Source: Octopus vulgaris (Eukaryota). Taken from it: a stretch of 64,000 nucleotides of DNA. Every line of letters starts with the position of its first letter. Within the stretch, counting starts at the first letter, position 1. Location: assembly GCA_951406725.2 (NCBI GenBank), contig OX597816.1, forward strand, positions 174,468,001-174,532,000, written 5' to 3'. Made by a program: the position numbers and the translations under genes. The notes below the pieces were generated by a model. That model was given only the letters and a program-made list of their open reading frames with translations, had not been told where the DNA came from and searched no databases. Of the stretch, positions 63,171 through 64,000 are shown piece after piece.

Positions 63171-64000
63171 CAAAAATATTTACACATGACAAAATTGAAA
63201 TACACTGAAATCAATTTTTCAGAGAGAGAGTGAGAGAGTATGTGTGTGTGAGAGAGTGAGTAAAAGAAACAGATACCTAAAAATGTGAAAGTGAGAAAAA
63301 GAAAGAGAAGTGATAAATATAAGAGAGAGAGAAAAGGGAGATTATCGCTTGAAAACTGCAGAAGTCAAAGGGAGAGAATCAGTTGAAAACTGCAGTTTTT
63401 AGAGAAAAACCCATGTGAAAAACTTTTTTTCAAGGTCGGTTTCTTGCATGACGTGGGAGCTCTGGGCAAAATGTTATATTGCATGACCATCCATGGCATA
63501 TAAGTAATGTGTGGGTAAAGTTTGGTGAAAATCGGTTGAAAACTGTAGAAAAGCATACATATTACACACACACAGTATACATCCTTTGTTTTTACACTCC
63601 ATATAGATTACTAGCATCATGCCTGAAAGAATGAACAAAATGACAGAATTCTCTCACATTTACTCAAAATATTTTGACTAAACATTCACTTTCCTGCATT
63701 CTTTTTCTCTTCTTTCATCTAGTTTTCTTTTCCTTGTTTCCAGTTTTGAAAAAGCAAAAATTGATGATATTTTGTCTAAAAAGGAATGCAGGATATTCAG
63801 TTCAAATTTTGAATTCTTGTACTTCTGCATATTTTTCATTTTTCATTTTGAACCTGAGAAAGACAGACAGACAGACTTTTGAAAAATTATTCAGTTCAAT
63901 AAATAGAGTCAGTCTCTAATTACTTCAAATTCTATCATGCTCTGCTTCATAATCATCATCATCATTATCATCTTCATCATCATCATCATCATAATCATCA

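Overview
AT-rich, repeat-saturated eukaryotic DNA. The SINE families and microsatellite load suggest an octopus/cephalopod genome (inference). No intact host gene is recognisable. Transposon content: R4/Dong-type RLE LINE pieces in (TAA)n tracts, a fragmented Tx1/L1-clade LINE, a Mag-type Gypsy remnant, RTE and CR1 LINEs, Chapaev3-type and piggyBac-type DNA elements, six non-autonomous Helitrons, three tRNA-SINE families, a young non-autonomous LTR element (tRNA-Trp-like PBS, TATA TSD) and a decayed Penelope ORF. Two signals stand out. (1) A >=7.7 kb array of 69-bp units (54332-62088) whose minus frame reads as about 110 copies of a 23-aa STPR-like repeat, ESQERREMRLSQDQQRLVAAHQM, with a candidate acceptor/ATG at one end and a unique C-terminus plus stop at the other. 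(2) About six distinct families of minimal type-I hammerhead ribozyme motifs, several in foldback DNA and next to (TA)n. One family shows stem-I covariation between copies and another has a G3-C8 swapped core. Family assignments are by eye and memory; no searches were run.
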